From Deltaproteobacteria bacterium (GTDB lineage: Bacteria; Myxococcota_A; Polyangia; Fen-1088): 64,000 nt of DNA. Made by a program: the position numbers and the translations under genes. This document shows, piece after piece, positions 55,331 through 64,000 of the stretch (positions are counted from its first letter, which is position 1; every line of letters starts with the position of its first letter). The stretch lies in assembly GCA_033763315.1 (NCBI GenBank), contig JANRKS010000026.1, positions 90,821-154,820 on the forward strand, in the 5' to 3' direction. The notes under the pieces were generated by a model. The model saw only the letters and a program-made list of their open reading frames with translations. It did not search any database and was not told the origin of the DNA.

Positions 55331-56122
55331 ATGCTTGCAGCCGCTTTGACACTTCGTTCTGGCAACCCCGAAGAGGCGCTCGCGCAGCTTCAAGAGCAGG
55401 TCCGCAAGAACCCCGCGAACAGCCAATATCGAACGTTTTTGTTTCAGCTGCTCGCCGTTTTGGGGCAATGGGAACGCGCGCTCAACCAACTCAAAGTGGT
55501 GGGCGACATGGATGCTTCCACCTTGGCGATGGTCGCCACCTACCGCGACGCGCTTCATTGTGAGGCCTATCGCGGTGAAGTTTTGGCAGGCCGGCGCACG
55601 CCGCTCGTGCTGGGTGAGCCTGAGCCGTGGATGGCCCTGGCGTTTGAGGCGCTCCGCTTGGGCGGTGAAGGCCAATGGGAGCAAGCCGAAGCCGTGCGCA
55701 ACAAAGCCCTCGATGGCGCACCCACAACGTCCGGCAAGATCAACGGCGAAGCGTTCGACTGGATCGCCGACGCCGACACGCGCATCGGCCCCATGCTTGA
55801 AGCAGTGGTCTCAGGCAAATACTATTGGATTCCGTTTAGCCGCATCCGCTCGCTCAAGGTGGAACAACCCACGGATCTGCGCGACCTCGTGTGGACGGCC
55901 GCCGAAGTAACGTTCGCCAACGAAGGGCAAACCATCGCCCTCATTCCCACACGCTACGCCGGCTCCGAGCTTTCCACGGAAAGCCGCGTGAAAATGGCCC
56001 GCGTCACGGAATGGGAAGAAAAGCCAGGAGGGGCATTCCTGGGCCGCGGCCAACGCTTGTTTGCCACCAACGCTGGCGAATATCCCATTCTCGACACCCG
56101 CACGATCGAGCTCAACACGTAA
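55331..56122 (+). CDS. tagJ: T6SS accessory TagJ (ImpE/SciE)
   Basis: VRKNPAN..LFQLLAVLGQWERALNQL, WIADADTRIGP, YYWIPF, IPTRY. Confidence 0.92.
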   Translation: MLAAALTLRSGNPEEALAQLQEQVRKNPANSQYRTFLFQLLAVLGQWERALNQLKVVGDMDASTLAMVATYRDALHCEAYRGEVLAGRRTPLVLGEPEPWMALAFEALRLGGEGQWEQAEAVRNKALDGAPTTSGKINGEAFDWIADADTRIGPMLEAVVSGKYYWIPFSRIRSLKVEQPTDLRDLVWTAAEVTFANEGQTIALIPTRYAGSELSTESRVKMARVTEWEEKPGGAFLGRGQRLFATNAGEYPILDTRTIELNT

Positions 56123-56129
56123 GGCAAAG

Positions 56130-56633
56130 GTGGCGGAGCTTACCCCCAAGGAACGGCTGCAGCCCTCGCTGCTCGATAGGCTCACAGACGACGAGCCCGA
56201 GCGCGGTATGGAATCGCGCGAACGCCGCGTGCTCAGCCCCAGCCAGTTGCGCGATTGTGTCCGTCGAGATCTTGCCTGGCTGCTCAACACCACCAACCTC
56301 GAAAGCACGTTGCCTCTTCATGAGGTGCCCGAGGTTGCCAAGTCTGTGCTCAACTACGGGGTCATTGACCTCGCGGGCAAACCGATTTCAAGCATCAATG
56401 CCGGCCAGCTTGAAAAGCTGATTCGCGAAGCCATCTGGACGTTCGAGCCACGCCTCATCAAGGACTCGGTGGTGGTGAAGATAGATGAGCGCAAAAACGG
56501 CCACAATGAGTTGTCGTTCGTGATCGAGGCCCAGTTGTGGGCCCAACCATTGCCACTTCAATTGTTCTTGCGCACTGAGATCGACCTTGAAAGCGGCGAA
56601 GTGAAGGTCGGCGACAAAGACGGTATGGACTAG
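56130..56633 (+). CDS. tssE: T6SS baseplate TssE
   Basis: ERLQPSLLDRLTD, RDLAWLLNT, SVLNYG, FEPRL. Confidence 0.93.
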   Translation: MAELTPKERLQPSLLDRLTDDEPERGMESRERRVLSPSQLRDCVRRDLAWLLNTTNLESTLPLHEVPEVAKSVLNYGVIDLAGKPISSINAGQLEKLIREAIWTFEPRLIKDSVVVKIDERKNGHNELSFVIEAQLWAQPLPLQLFLRTEIDLESGEVKVGDKDGMD

Positions 56634-56635
56634 CC

Positions 56636-58513
56636 ATGGATCCGCGCCTGCTTCGTCAATACAACCGCGAGTTGCAGCACGTTCGCGAAATGGGCGGCGA
56701 GTTTGCGCAGGCATTTCCCAAGATCGCCGGCCGCCTCGGTCTCGATACCTTCGAATGCTCGGATCCCTACGTTGAACGGTTGCTTGAGGCGTTCGCGTTT
56801 TTAACCGCCCGCGTGCAACTGCGACTTGATTCGGAGTTCCCGCGCTTCACCCAGCACCTGCTGGAAATGGTTTACCCGCACTACCTCGCGCCCACTCCTT
56901 CGATGCTGGTGGCCGAATTCGCGCCCAACCACGGCGAAGGCGCGCTGGTCGAAGGGTTCCGCGTCGCCAAAGGCACAAGCTTTCGCAGCCGCGCCACACG
57001 CGACGAGCCCACGCCCTGCCGCTACGTCACCGGCCAAGACGTCACGTTGTGGCCCATCGTGCTTGAAGAAGCGGAATACAGCGGTTTTCTGGGCGGCCTT
57101 TCAGGCCTATCACCCAGCTTGATCGGCAAGGCAAAGTCGATTCTGCGCTTGCGCCTCAAGGCCACGGGCAACGCACGATTCAAAGATCTGAAGCTCGATC
57201 AGCTGCCCCTTTTCATCAAAGGCGGCGGTGAAATGGGCATGCGGATCTACGAGCAGGTGATGGCCAACGCCACGGCGGTGATTGTCTCCCCACCGGGGCG
57301 CCAAGCGGCGTGGCGCGAAGTCATCACGGATCAGCCCATCTCTCCGGTTGGTTTTACCGATGACGAAGCGCTGCTCCCATATGGCAATCGCTCGTTTCAG
57401 GGCTACCGCCTCTTACAGGAATACTTCGCCTTTCCTTCACGGTTTTTGTTCTTCGCGCTCAACAACCTGCGCCCGGCCTTGCGACGCGCAGACACGCAGG
57501 AGCTTGAAATTCAGATCGTGCTCGATCGTCGCGAGGATTCCTTGGAAGGCGTCGTCGATAAATCACGCCTGGCCTTGTTCTGTGCGCCGGCTGTAAATCT
57601 GTTCCCGCTCAAAACGGATCGCATTCACCTCAATGAACGCGACACCGACTATCACATCGTTCCCGATCGCACACGCCCGTACGACTTCGAGGTCCACGGC
57701 GTCACCGACGTCGTCGGGTTCGGCGCCAGCGTCACCGAGAAACGACGCTTTTTACCCCTGTACGCGCCGCTTGAAGGACGAGAGGTGAGCAGCGACCCCG
57801 CGTATTACACCGTGCTGCGCGAGCCTCGCCTGCTTTCCGAAAAGCAGCGTGCGCAAGGCCCCCGATCAAAATACGTCGGCAGCGAAGTGTTCTTGGCTTT
57901 GGTCGATGGTCAAGAGGGGCCTTACAAATCTGACCTCAAGCAACTTTCAGTCGATGTTTTGTGCAGCAACCGCGATCTGCCGCTGCACATGCCGTTGGGC
58001 GTAGGCGATTCGGATTTCATACTTGAGGCCGGCGCGCCTACAACAGGCGTCAAATGCGTCGCAGGTCCCACGCCGCCCCGCGAATCGCACGCGCACGGCG
58101 ATACCGCCTGGCGTCTCATCAGCCAGTTGTCGTTCAATTACCTCTCGCTTGCGAACACCGATGCAACGCAAGGCGCGTCCGTGATGCGCGAGTTGCTTCG
58201 GCTCTACGGTGATTTCGCCGACAATAGCGTGCGCAAACAGATCGAGGGCGTACGCGGACTCACCGCCACCGGTATCACAAGACGTTTGCCGATCTCAGGT
58301 CCCACTGTGTTTGGCCGCGGCGTCGAGATGCAACTCATCCTCGACGAAGCCGCATTCGAAGGTTCAGGCGTGTATCTGCTGGGCCAAGTGTTGGCGCGCT
58401 TTTTCGCGCGGTTTGTCTCGATCAACTCGTTCACTGAAACGGTGCTCTTCACACCTCAACGGGGGGAGGTGGCGCGATGGCCGGTCACGCTGGGACTTCG
58501 ACCGATTCTGTAG
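56636..58513 (+). CDS. tssF: T6SS baseplate TssF
   Basis: YNREL, DPYVERLLEAFAFL, YRLLQEYFAFP, NRDLP, SINSFT. Confidence 0.96.
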   Translation: MDPRLLRQYNRELQHVREMGGEFAQAFPKIAGRLGLDTFECSDPYVERLLEAFAFLTARVQLRLDSEFPRFTQHLLEMVYPHYLAPTPSMLVAEFAPNHGEGALVEGFRVAKGTSFRSRATRDEPTPCRYVTGQDVTLWPIVLEEAEYSGFLGGLSGLSPSLIGKAKSILRLRLKATGNARFKDLKLDQLPLFIKGGGEMGMRIYEQVMANATAVIVSPPGRQAAWREVITDQPISPVGFTDDEALLPYGNRSFQGYRLLQEYFAFPSRFLFFALNNLRPALRRADTQELEIQIVLDRREDSLEGVVDKSRLALFCAPAVNLFPLKTDRIHLNERDTDYHIVPDRTRPYDFEVHGVTDVVGFGASVTEKRRFLPLYAPLEGREVSSDPAYYTVLREPRLLSEKQRAQGPRSKYVGSEVFLALVDGQEGPYKSDLKQLSVDVLCSNRDLPLHMPLGVGDSDFILEAGAPTTGVKCVAGPTPPRESHAHGDTAWRLISQLSFNYLSLANTDATQGASVMRELLRLYGDFADNSVRKQIEGVRGLTATGITRRLPISGPTVFGRGVEMQLILDEAAFEGSGVYLLGQVLARFFARFVSINSFTETVLFTPQRGEVARWPVTLGLRPIL

Positions 58514-59520
58514 ATCCCCTCCTCGCGCTCGCCCAGCGCCCCGAGGAGTTCAGCTTCTTTGAGGCCCTGCGCCGGCTCGAGTGCGCCGCACGCGACAAGC
58601 CTCGCCTCGGTACGGCGGCGCGGCCAAGTGAAGAGCCCGTCCGCATCGGCCAAGAGCCAAGCCTCGGCTTCGCCCCATCCTCCCTATCTAAGTTTGTCCC
58701 AGCCAAAGATGGCAAACCAGCGCAGCTATCTGTCTTGTTTCAGGGCTTTTTCGGCCCCAACGGCCCGCTGCCGATCCACTTCACCGAGTACGCGCGCGAC
58801 CGCCTGCGTAACTCCGCCGATCCCACATTCGCGCGCTTCGCAGACATCTTTCACCACCGCCTCCTCAGCTTGTTTTACCGCGCGTGGGCGCAGGCTCAGC
58901 CCGTGGTCAGCTTCGACCGCCCCGAAACCGATCGCTTTGCCACGTACAGCGGGGCTTTGTTCGGCGGCGTGCCGGTCAACGTTCAGCAACACAGCGGCCT
59001 GGATTTCACGAGTCGCCTGTTCTTCGCGGGCCACCTCAGTGCTCAGACCAAGAACCCTGGCAGCCTGGCAGCGTTGCTCACGGCTGCCCTCGGTGTCCAA
59101 GCGGAAATTCATGAGTTCGTCGGCGAATGGGTGTCCTTACCCGCCGAAGCACGCTGGAAACTTGGCCATTCATCGCAGCCCGGGATGCTCGGCGTGAGCG
59201 CCACACTTGGCGCCCGCGCCTGGATGGTGCAGCACAAGTTCCGCGTGGTGCTGGGCCCCCTGCCCCCCGGCGGACAGCGCGAATACTTGCCCGGCAGCGA
59301 ACGGCTATCCCGAGTCGCGCAGTTGGTGGCCAGCTACGTGGGCGACGAGCTCCGCTGGGACCTCAAATTGAAGCTTCGAAACCCCGAAGCCACGCGACTA
59401 GGCATCTCTGGGAATCTGGGCTGGACTGCTTTCCTCACGCAGCAGTCCGGCCGTGAAGACAATTCTTTGATCCTTGAACCGCAACGTCCGGTTTCGCCTG
59501 GCGCCCAGATGGGCGTATAA
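58477..59520 (+). CDS. tssG: T6SS baseplate TssG
   Basis: FFEALRRLE, FGPNGPLPIHFTE, FADIFHHR..FYRAW. Confidence 0.95.
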   Translation: MAGHAGTSTDSVDPLLALAQRPEEFSFFEALRRLECAARDKPRLGTAARPSEEPVRIGQEPSLGFAPSSLSKFVPAKDGKPAQLSVLFQGFFGPNGPLPIHFTEYARDRLRNSADPTFARFADIFHHRLLSLFYRAWAQAQPVVSFDRPETDRFATYSGALFGGVPVNVQQHSGLDFTSRLFFAGHLSAQTKNPGSLAALLTAALGVQAEIHEFVGEWVSLPAEARWKLGHSSQPGMLGVSATLGARAWMVQHKFRVVLGPLPPGGQREYLPGSERLSRVAQLVASYVGDELRWDLKLKLRNPEATRLGISGNLGWTAFLTQQSGREDNSLILEPQRPVSPGAQMGV

Positions 59521-59559
59521 AAGCGGCACCTGCGTTAAACAAACCAACGGGAGAGAGCG

Positions 59560-62289
59560 ATGTCTGAGATTAGCCGGGTTTCCCTATTCGGGAAGCTCAA
59601 TGCCTTAGGATACCGGGCGATCGAAAGCGCAACGGTGTTTTGCAAGATGCGTGGCAACCCTTACGTGGAACTGGTTCATTGGTTCCACCAAGTGCTGCAG
59701 CTAACGGATTCAGATCTGCACAAGATCATCCGTGCTTTCAATCTCAACCCCTCGCGCGTGGCCGCCGACTTTACCGAAGCGCTCGACAAGCTTCCTCGCG
59801 GCGCTTCGTCAATCACTGACCTGTCGTCACACCTCGAAGACGCCGTTGAGCGAGCATGGGTGTACGGCAGCCTGATGTTCAAGGAATCGCAAGTGCGCAC
59901 CGGCCACTTGGTGGTGGGCATTTTGAAGACGCCGTCGCTGCGCAACGCCTTGCTTGGCATCTCGAAGGAATTCGAGAAGATCAAGATCGAGCAGCTCACC
60001 GATAAGTTCGACGAGATTGTGGCCGGCTCGCCTGAAAACGCCATGAGCGCGCAAGACGGCTCGCAAATGGGGGGCGGCGCCGTTCCCGGTGAGGCCAGCG
60101 GTGCCATGGCGCCCGCACAAATGGGCAAACAAGAAGCGCTGAAAAAGTTCGCCGTCAACCTCACAGAGCGCGCCGAAAAGGGTGAACTCGATCCGGTCCT
60201 CGGCCGTGACGAAGAAATTCGTCAAATCGTCGACATCCTCATGCGGCGCCGCCAGAACAACCCCATCCTTACCGGCGAAGCGGGCGTTGGCAAAACGGCG
60301 GTCGTTGAAGGCTTCGCGCTCCGCATTGCCCGCGGCGACGTGCCGCCTCAACTCAAAGATGTTTCGATCTACTCGCTCGACATTGGCCTACTGCAGGCCG
60401 GCGCCAGCATGAAGGGCGAGTTCGAGAACCGCCTGCGCCAAGTGATCGACGAAGTGCAATCGTCACCAAAGCCGATCATCATGTTCATCGACGAAGCGCA
60501 CACGCTCATCGGAGCGGGCGGCGCCGCCGGCACAGGCGATGCTGCAAATCTACTCAAGCCCGCGCTCGCGCGTGGCAAGCTGCGCACCATCGCGGCGACG
60601 ACGTGGGCTGAATACAAGAAGCACATCGAGAAAGATCCTGCATTGACCCGCCGCTTTCAGGTGGTGCAGGTGCACGAGCCCTCGGAAGAGAAGGCCCTGC
60701 TGATGATGCGCGGTGTGGCCTCAACTCTGGAGAAGCACCACAAGGTGCAGATCCTCGACGAAGCGCTCGAAGCCTCCGTCAAGCTTTCCCACCGTTATAT
60801 CCCCGCACGCCAGTTGCCCGACAAGTCAGTCAGCCTGCTTGATACAGCCTGTGCACGCGTTGCCGTCAGCCAACACGCGGTGCCCGCCGAGGTCGAGGAT
60901 TCTCGCCGTCGCATCGAAGCCCTCACCACCGAGATGCAGATCATCGGACGCGAAAAGGCAATCGGAGTCGAGGTCGCAAAACGCGAAGCCACCTCCAGCG
61001 AAGCGCTTGCCTCCGAGCAGAAGCGTTTGGTCGACCTTGAGGCACGCTGGAAGTCCGAGAAGGAACTGGTGGACCAGGTATTGGCTATCCGCCAGACGCT
61101 ACGCGGGGATAAGGGCAAGGTCGAAGGCACAGCCAGCGCGCTCGAGGCCAAAGCCGATGCGAAGACGCCAGCCGTCGACGCAGGTCCTGACGGCGCCGAA
61201 CGCGCAGCGCTACTGTCGAAACTCTCGGGCCTGCTTGTCGAGTTAGGCAAGTTGCAGGGGGATGCGCCGCTGATTTTGCCAACGGTGGATGCGCAAGCTG
61301 TGGCATCGGTTGTCGCGGATTGGACCGGCATTCCCGTCGGCCGCATGGTGAAGAACGAAGTCGAAGCCGTTCTCAAACTTGCAGATACTCTCAACCAACG
61401 AGTGATCGGCCAACGCCACGGCCTGGAAATGATCGCTCGCCGCGTACAAACCGCGCGCGCCGGTCTCGAGAACCCGAACAAGCCCATCGGTGTGTTCATG
61501 CTCGTCGGCCCCTCGGGCGTTGGCAAAACCGAAACGGCTCTTGCACTTGCAGAGTCGCTCTATGGTGGCGAACAGAACGTCATCACCATCAACATGAGCG
61601 AGTACCAAGAAGCTCACACCGTCTCCACCCTCAAAGGCGCCCCTCCCGGCTACGTGGGATACGGCGAAGGCGGCGTCCTCACCGAAGCCGTCCGTCGTCG
61701 CCCCTACAGCGTCGTGTTGCTCGATGAAGTTGAGAAAGCGCACCCCGACGTCCACGAGATCTTTTTTCAGGTCTTCGACAAAGGTTGGATGGAAGACGGC
61801 GAAGGCCGCATCATCGACTTCAAGAACACGCTGATCCTGCTGACGTCAAACGCCGGCAGCGATCTCATCATGAACCTCTGCAAAGATCCCGAGCTCATGC
61901 CCGATCCCGAAGGCATCGCTTCCGCGCTTCGCGAGCCGCTGCTCAAGGTCTTCCCCGCGGCGCTCCTCGGCCGCATCGTGGTGATCCCCTACTACCCGCT
62001 CAGCGACGAGATGATGGGCAGCATCATCCGCCTGCAACTGAGCCGCATCCAAAAGCGCGTCGCCGCCAACCACGGCGTTCCGTTTACCTTCGACGACGAA
62101 GTCATCAAACTTATCCGCAGCCGCTGCACCGAACTCGAAAGCGGCGGCCGCATGATCGACGCCATCGTCACGAACACGATGCTCCCCCGCATCAGCCAAG
62201 AGATCTTGGGCCGCATGATGGAAGGCCGCCAAGTCAACCGCATCGCCATCAGCGTCGCCAACAGCGACTTCGACTACTCCTTCGACTAA
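59560..62289 (+). CDS. tssH: T6SS ATPase ClpV
   Basis: GEAGVGKT and GPSGVGKT Walker A motifs, [22 protein letters not shown]. Confidence 0.97.
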   Translation: MSEISRVSLFGKLNALGYRAIESATVFCKMRGNPYVELVHWFHQVLQLTDSDLHKIIRAFNLNPSRVAADFTEALDKLPRGASSITDLSSHLEDAVERAWVYGSLMFKESQVRTGHLVVGILKTPSLRNALLGISKEFEKIKIEQLTDKFDEIVAGSPENAMSAQDGSQMGGGAVPGEASGAMAPAQMGKQEALKKFAVNLTERAEKGELDPVLGRDEEIRQIVDILMRRRQNNPILTGEAGVGKTAVVEGFALRIARGDVPPQLKDVSIYSLDIGLLQAGASMKGEFENRLRQVIDEVQSSPKPIIMFIDEAHTLIGAGGAAGTGDAANLLKPALARGKLRTIAATTWAEYKKHIEKDPALTRRFQVVQVHEPSEEKALLMMRGVASTLEKHHKVQILDEALEASVKLSHRYIPARQLPDKSVSLLDTACARVAVSQHAVPAEVEDSRRRIEALTTEMQIIGREKAIGVEVAKREATSSEALASEQKRLVDLEARWKSEKELVDQVLAIRQTLRGDKGKVEGTASALEAKADAKTPAVDAGPDGAERAALLSKLSGLLVELGKLQGDAPLILPTVDAQAVASVVADWTGIPVGRMVKNEVEAVLKLADTLNQRVIGQRHGLEMIARRVQTARAGLENPNKPIGVFMLVGPSGVGKTETALALAESLYGGEQNVITINMSEYQEAHTVSTLKGAPPGYVGYGEGGVLTEAVRRRPYSVVLLDEVEKAHPDVHEIFFQVFDKGWMEDGEGRIIDFKNTLILLTSNAGSDLIMNLCKDPELMPDPEGIASALREPLLKVFPAALLGRIVVIPYYPLSDEMMGSIIRLQLSRIQKRVAANHGVPFTFDDEVIKLIRSRCTELESGGRMIDAIVTNTMLPRISQEILGRMMEGRQVNRIAISVANSDFDYSFD

Positions 62290-62316
62290 CCGCTCCCCCT
62301 CCCAACACCACACAAG

Positions 62317-62348
62317 CGCCGCTGCCTCTCCCGAGTCGGCGGCGTTTT
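62317..62348 (+). terminator. Probable terminator after tssH
   Basis: CGCCGCTG-12nt-CGGCGGCG then TTTT. Confidence 0.55.
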
Positions 62349-62407
62349 CCTATTGGCCGTTCTCCACGGGTGCTCCAAATCGAATTGCCTCGCCACTTGG
62401 GCATGCT

Positions 62408-62485
62408 GCGCCCTACCCTCGTCACTTCGGGTGCAGCGCCTCCGCGCCGTGAAGCGCCCTACGCTCGTCACTTCGGGTGCAGCGC
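62408..62485 (+). repeat. Two 32-bp direct repeats (1 mismatch) separated by 14 bp
   Basis: GCGCCCTAC(C/G)CTCGTCACTTCGGGTGCAGCGC at 62408-62439 and 62454-62485. Confidence 0.9.
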
Positions 62486-62646
62486 GATGGCGGGAGGGCA
62501 TTGCCTCCGTGCTCAAACAGTCCTCGGGTCCCCCCAGCGTCTCAATCCTTGAGCGAACGCATTTGCGGGGGGACCACTGCGGAACTGCGCGCGGAGGCAA
62601 CGCCACCCACCACCGCACCTAAACCCGCCGCTCCTCACTTCGGGTG
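62462..62646 (+). repeat. ~185-nt structured repeat element, copy A
   Basis: Nested stems flanked by GCTC(G/C)TCACTTCGGGT motifs; homologous to the reverse complement of 62888-63072. Confidence 0.85.
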
Positions 62647-62887
62647 TGGAGGACGGCGCCCTCAGTCCGTGTGGCGATCCGGAGTGATGTGCTTCAGGAA
62701 GTACGAGCACCGCTCAAACGAATCCGACCTGTGCCGTGAGACATCCCCCAGTGCCCAAGCCTAAAGCGCCAGCGACCCCTCTCAGAAGTGCGGCTCGTTA
62801 AGACAACTCCCATATAGCCGCAGCACCATAGTGCCGCGCCAAAGCGTTCGAGGTGGTGCGGCCGTGGGGGGCGACCCAACGACGCCT

Positions 62888-63072
62888 ACCCGAAGCGACG
62901 AGCGACGGGTTCAAGTGCCGTGGGGTGGGGGCATCGGCTCCGCGCGCAGTTCCGCAGTGGTCCCCCCGCAATGCGAGGCATCGTCCGACGGCGGTGCTGG
63001 GGGGACCCGAGGACTGTCTGAGCACGGAGTCGAGTGCCCCCACCCCGCGGCTGCGCACCCAAAGAGAGGAGC
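62888..63072 (-). repeat. ~185-nt structured repeat element, copy B (inverted)
   Basis: Shares CTCCGTGCTCA.ACAGTCCTCGGGTCCCCCCAGC and GCGGGGGGACCACTGCGGAACTGCGCGCGGAG with copy A. Confidence 0.85.
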
Positions 63073-63136
63073 CCCTAATGCGAGCCAAAGGCGAGCGAAC
63101 ACTTCCCCCGCAGACGCTCGCGGAGATTGTGGGCGT

Positions 63137-63185
63137 CCCTTTCCTCCGCGCCGCAGGCGCGGGGGAGAGGGCCCGGGTGAGGGGG
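63137..63185. repeat. BoxC-like palindromic intergenic repeat
   Basis: CCCTTTCCTCCGCGCCGCAGGCGCGGGGGAGAGGGCCCGGGTGAGGGGG fits the CCCTCTCCC..GGGAGAGGG..GGGTGAGGG pattern. Confidence 0.6.
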
Positions 63186-63220
63186 AAGCTCACTGCCACC
63201 ACGCGCTCGCGCAGGCGTTC

Positions 63221-63259
63221 GAAAAGCGAATAGCCCTACACAAACGTGTAGGGCTATTC
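63221..63259 (-). terminator. rRNA operon terminator
   Basis: Perfect 14-bp stem GAATAGCCCTACAC/GTGTAGGGCTATTC, then GCTTTT on the minus strand. Confidence 0.8.
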
Positions 63260-63273
63260 AACAACGAAATAGC

Positions 63274-63389
<116 letters not shown>

Positions 63390-63593
63390 AAATTTTATGT
63401 GACTCGACAAGCTGAGCGTTCAAAGGGACCACCGTCATCCGACGTTGGTCTTCACGAGCCAGCTCTCATTCACAGAGCTTCGGCCTCGACTCTCGTTTTG
63501 TAGATAGCAGTTGTCGCTTATCCGTCGTCCTCTTCTGACGCTGAAGCCTGTTTGCACAGGCCTCAGACCATGTCTCCAAGGAAAAAAAATAAG

Positions 63594-64000
<407 letters not shown>

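Noticed and set aside
62408-62646. CRISPR array from the 32-bp direct repeats
   Set aside because: Only two full units, a 14-bp spacer, irregular further copies in both orientations, and no cas genes
63390-63593. tRNA in the ~200-bp 23S-5S spacer
   Set aside because: No cloverleaf or T-loop/CCA arrangement seen; only short hairpins

Overview
GC-rich bacterial window. The gene repertoire (FHA-sigma54 activator, PEGA protein, DUF1552, Cys-rich lipoproteins) suggests Myxococcota/Polyangia; this is inference. From left to right: (1) a coupled PEGA / two paralogous Cys-rich lipoproteins / FHA-sigma54 activator operon upstream of a secreted hydrolase with a sigma54-like promoter; (2) a 1.6-kb cluster of mobile-element relics (5'-truncated IS91/ISCR-like transposase with an oriIS-like end, an integrase-core fragment, and a group IIC intron remnant inserted behind a terminator); (3) peroxiredoxin and a YkgJ-type protein; (4) two paralogous beta-propeller histidine kinase/NarL pairs; (5) copA-copZ-csoR with a CsoR box; (6) a divergent circularly permuted ATP-grasp / alpha-E / transglutaminase locus; (7) minCDE, class II DAHP synthase, an amidase fused to a probably inactive M23-like domain, a RIO kinase and three FHA proteins; (8) a T6SS cluster (tagH, tssJKLM, tagF, tssABC, hcp, tagJ, tssEFGH) with no vgrG/PAAR, ppkA/pppA or effectors; (9) a ~1-kb spacer holding two inverted copies of a ~185-nt structured element with compensatory base changes; (10) the 3' end of an rRNA operon (5S and partial 23S, minus strand). 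All family calls come from motif recognition by eye; no searches were run.
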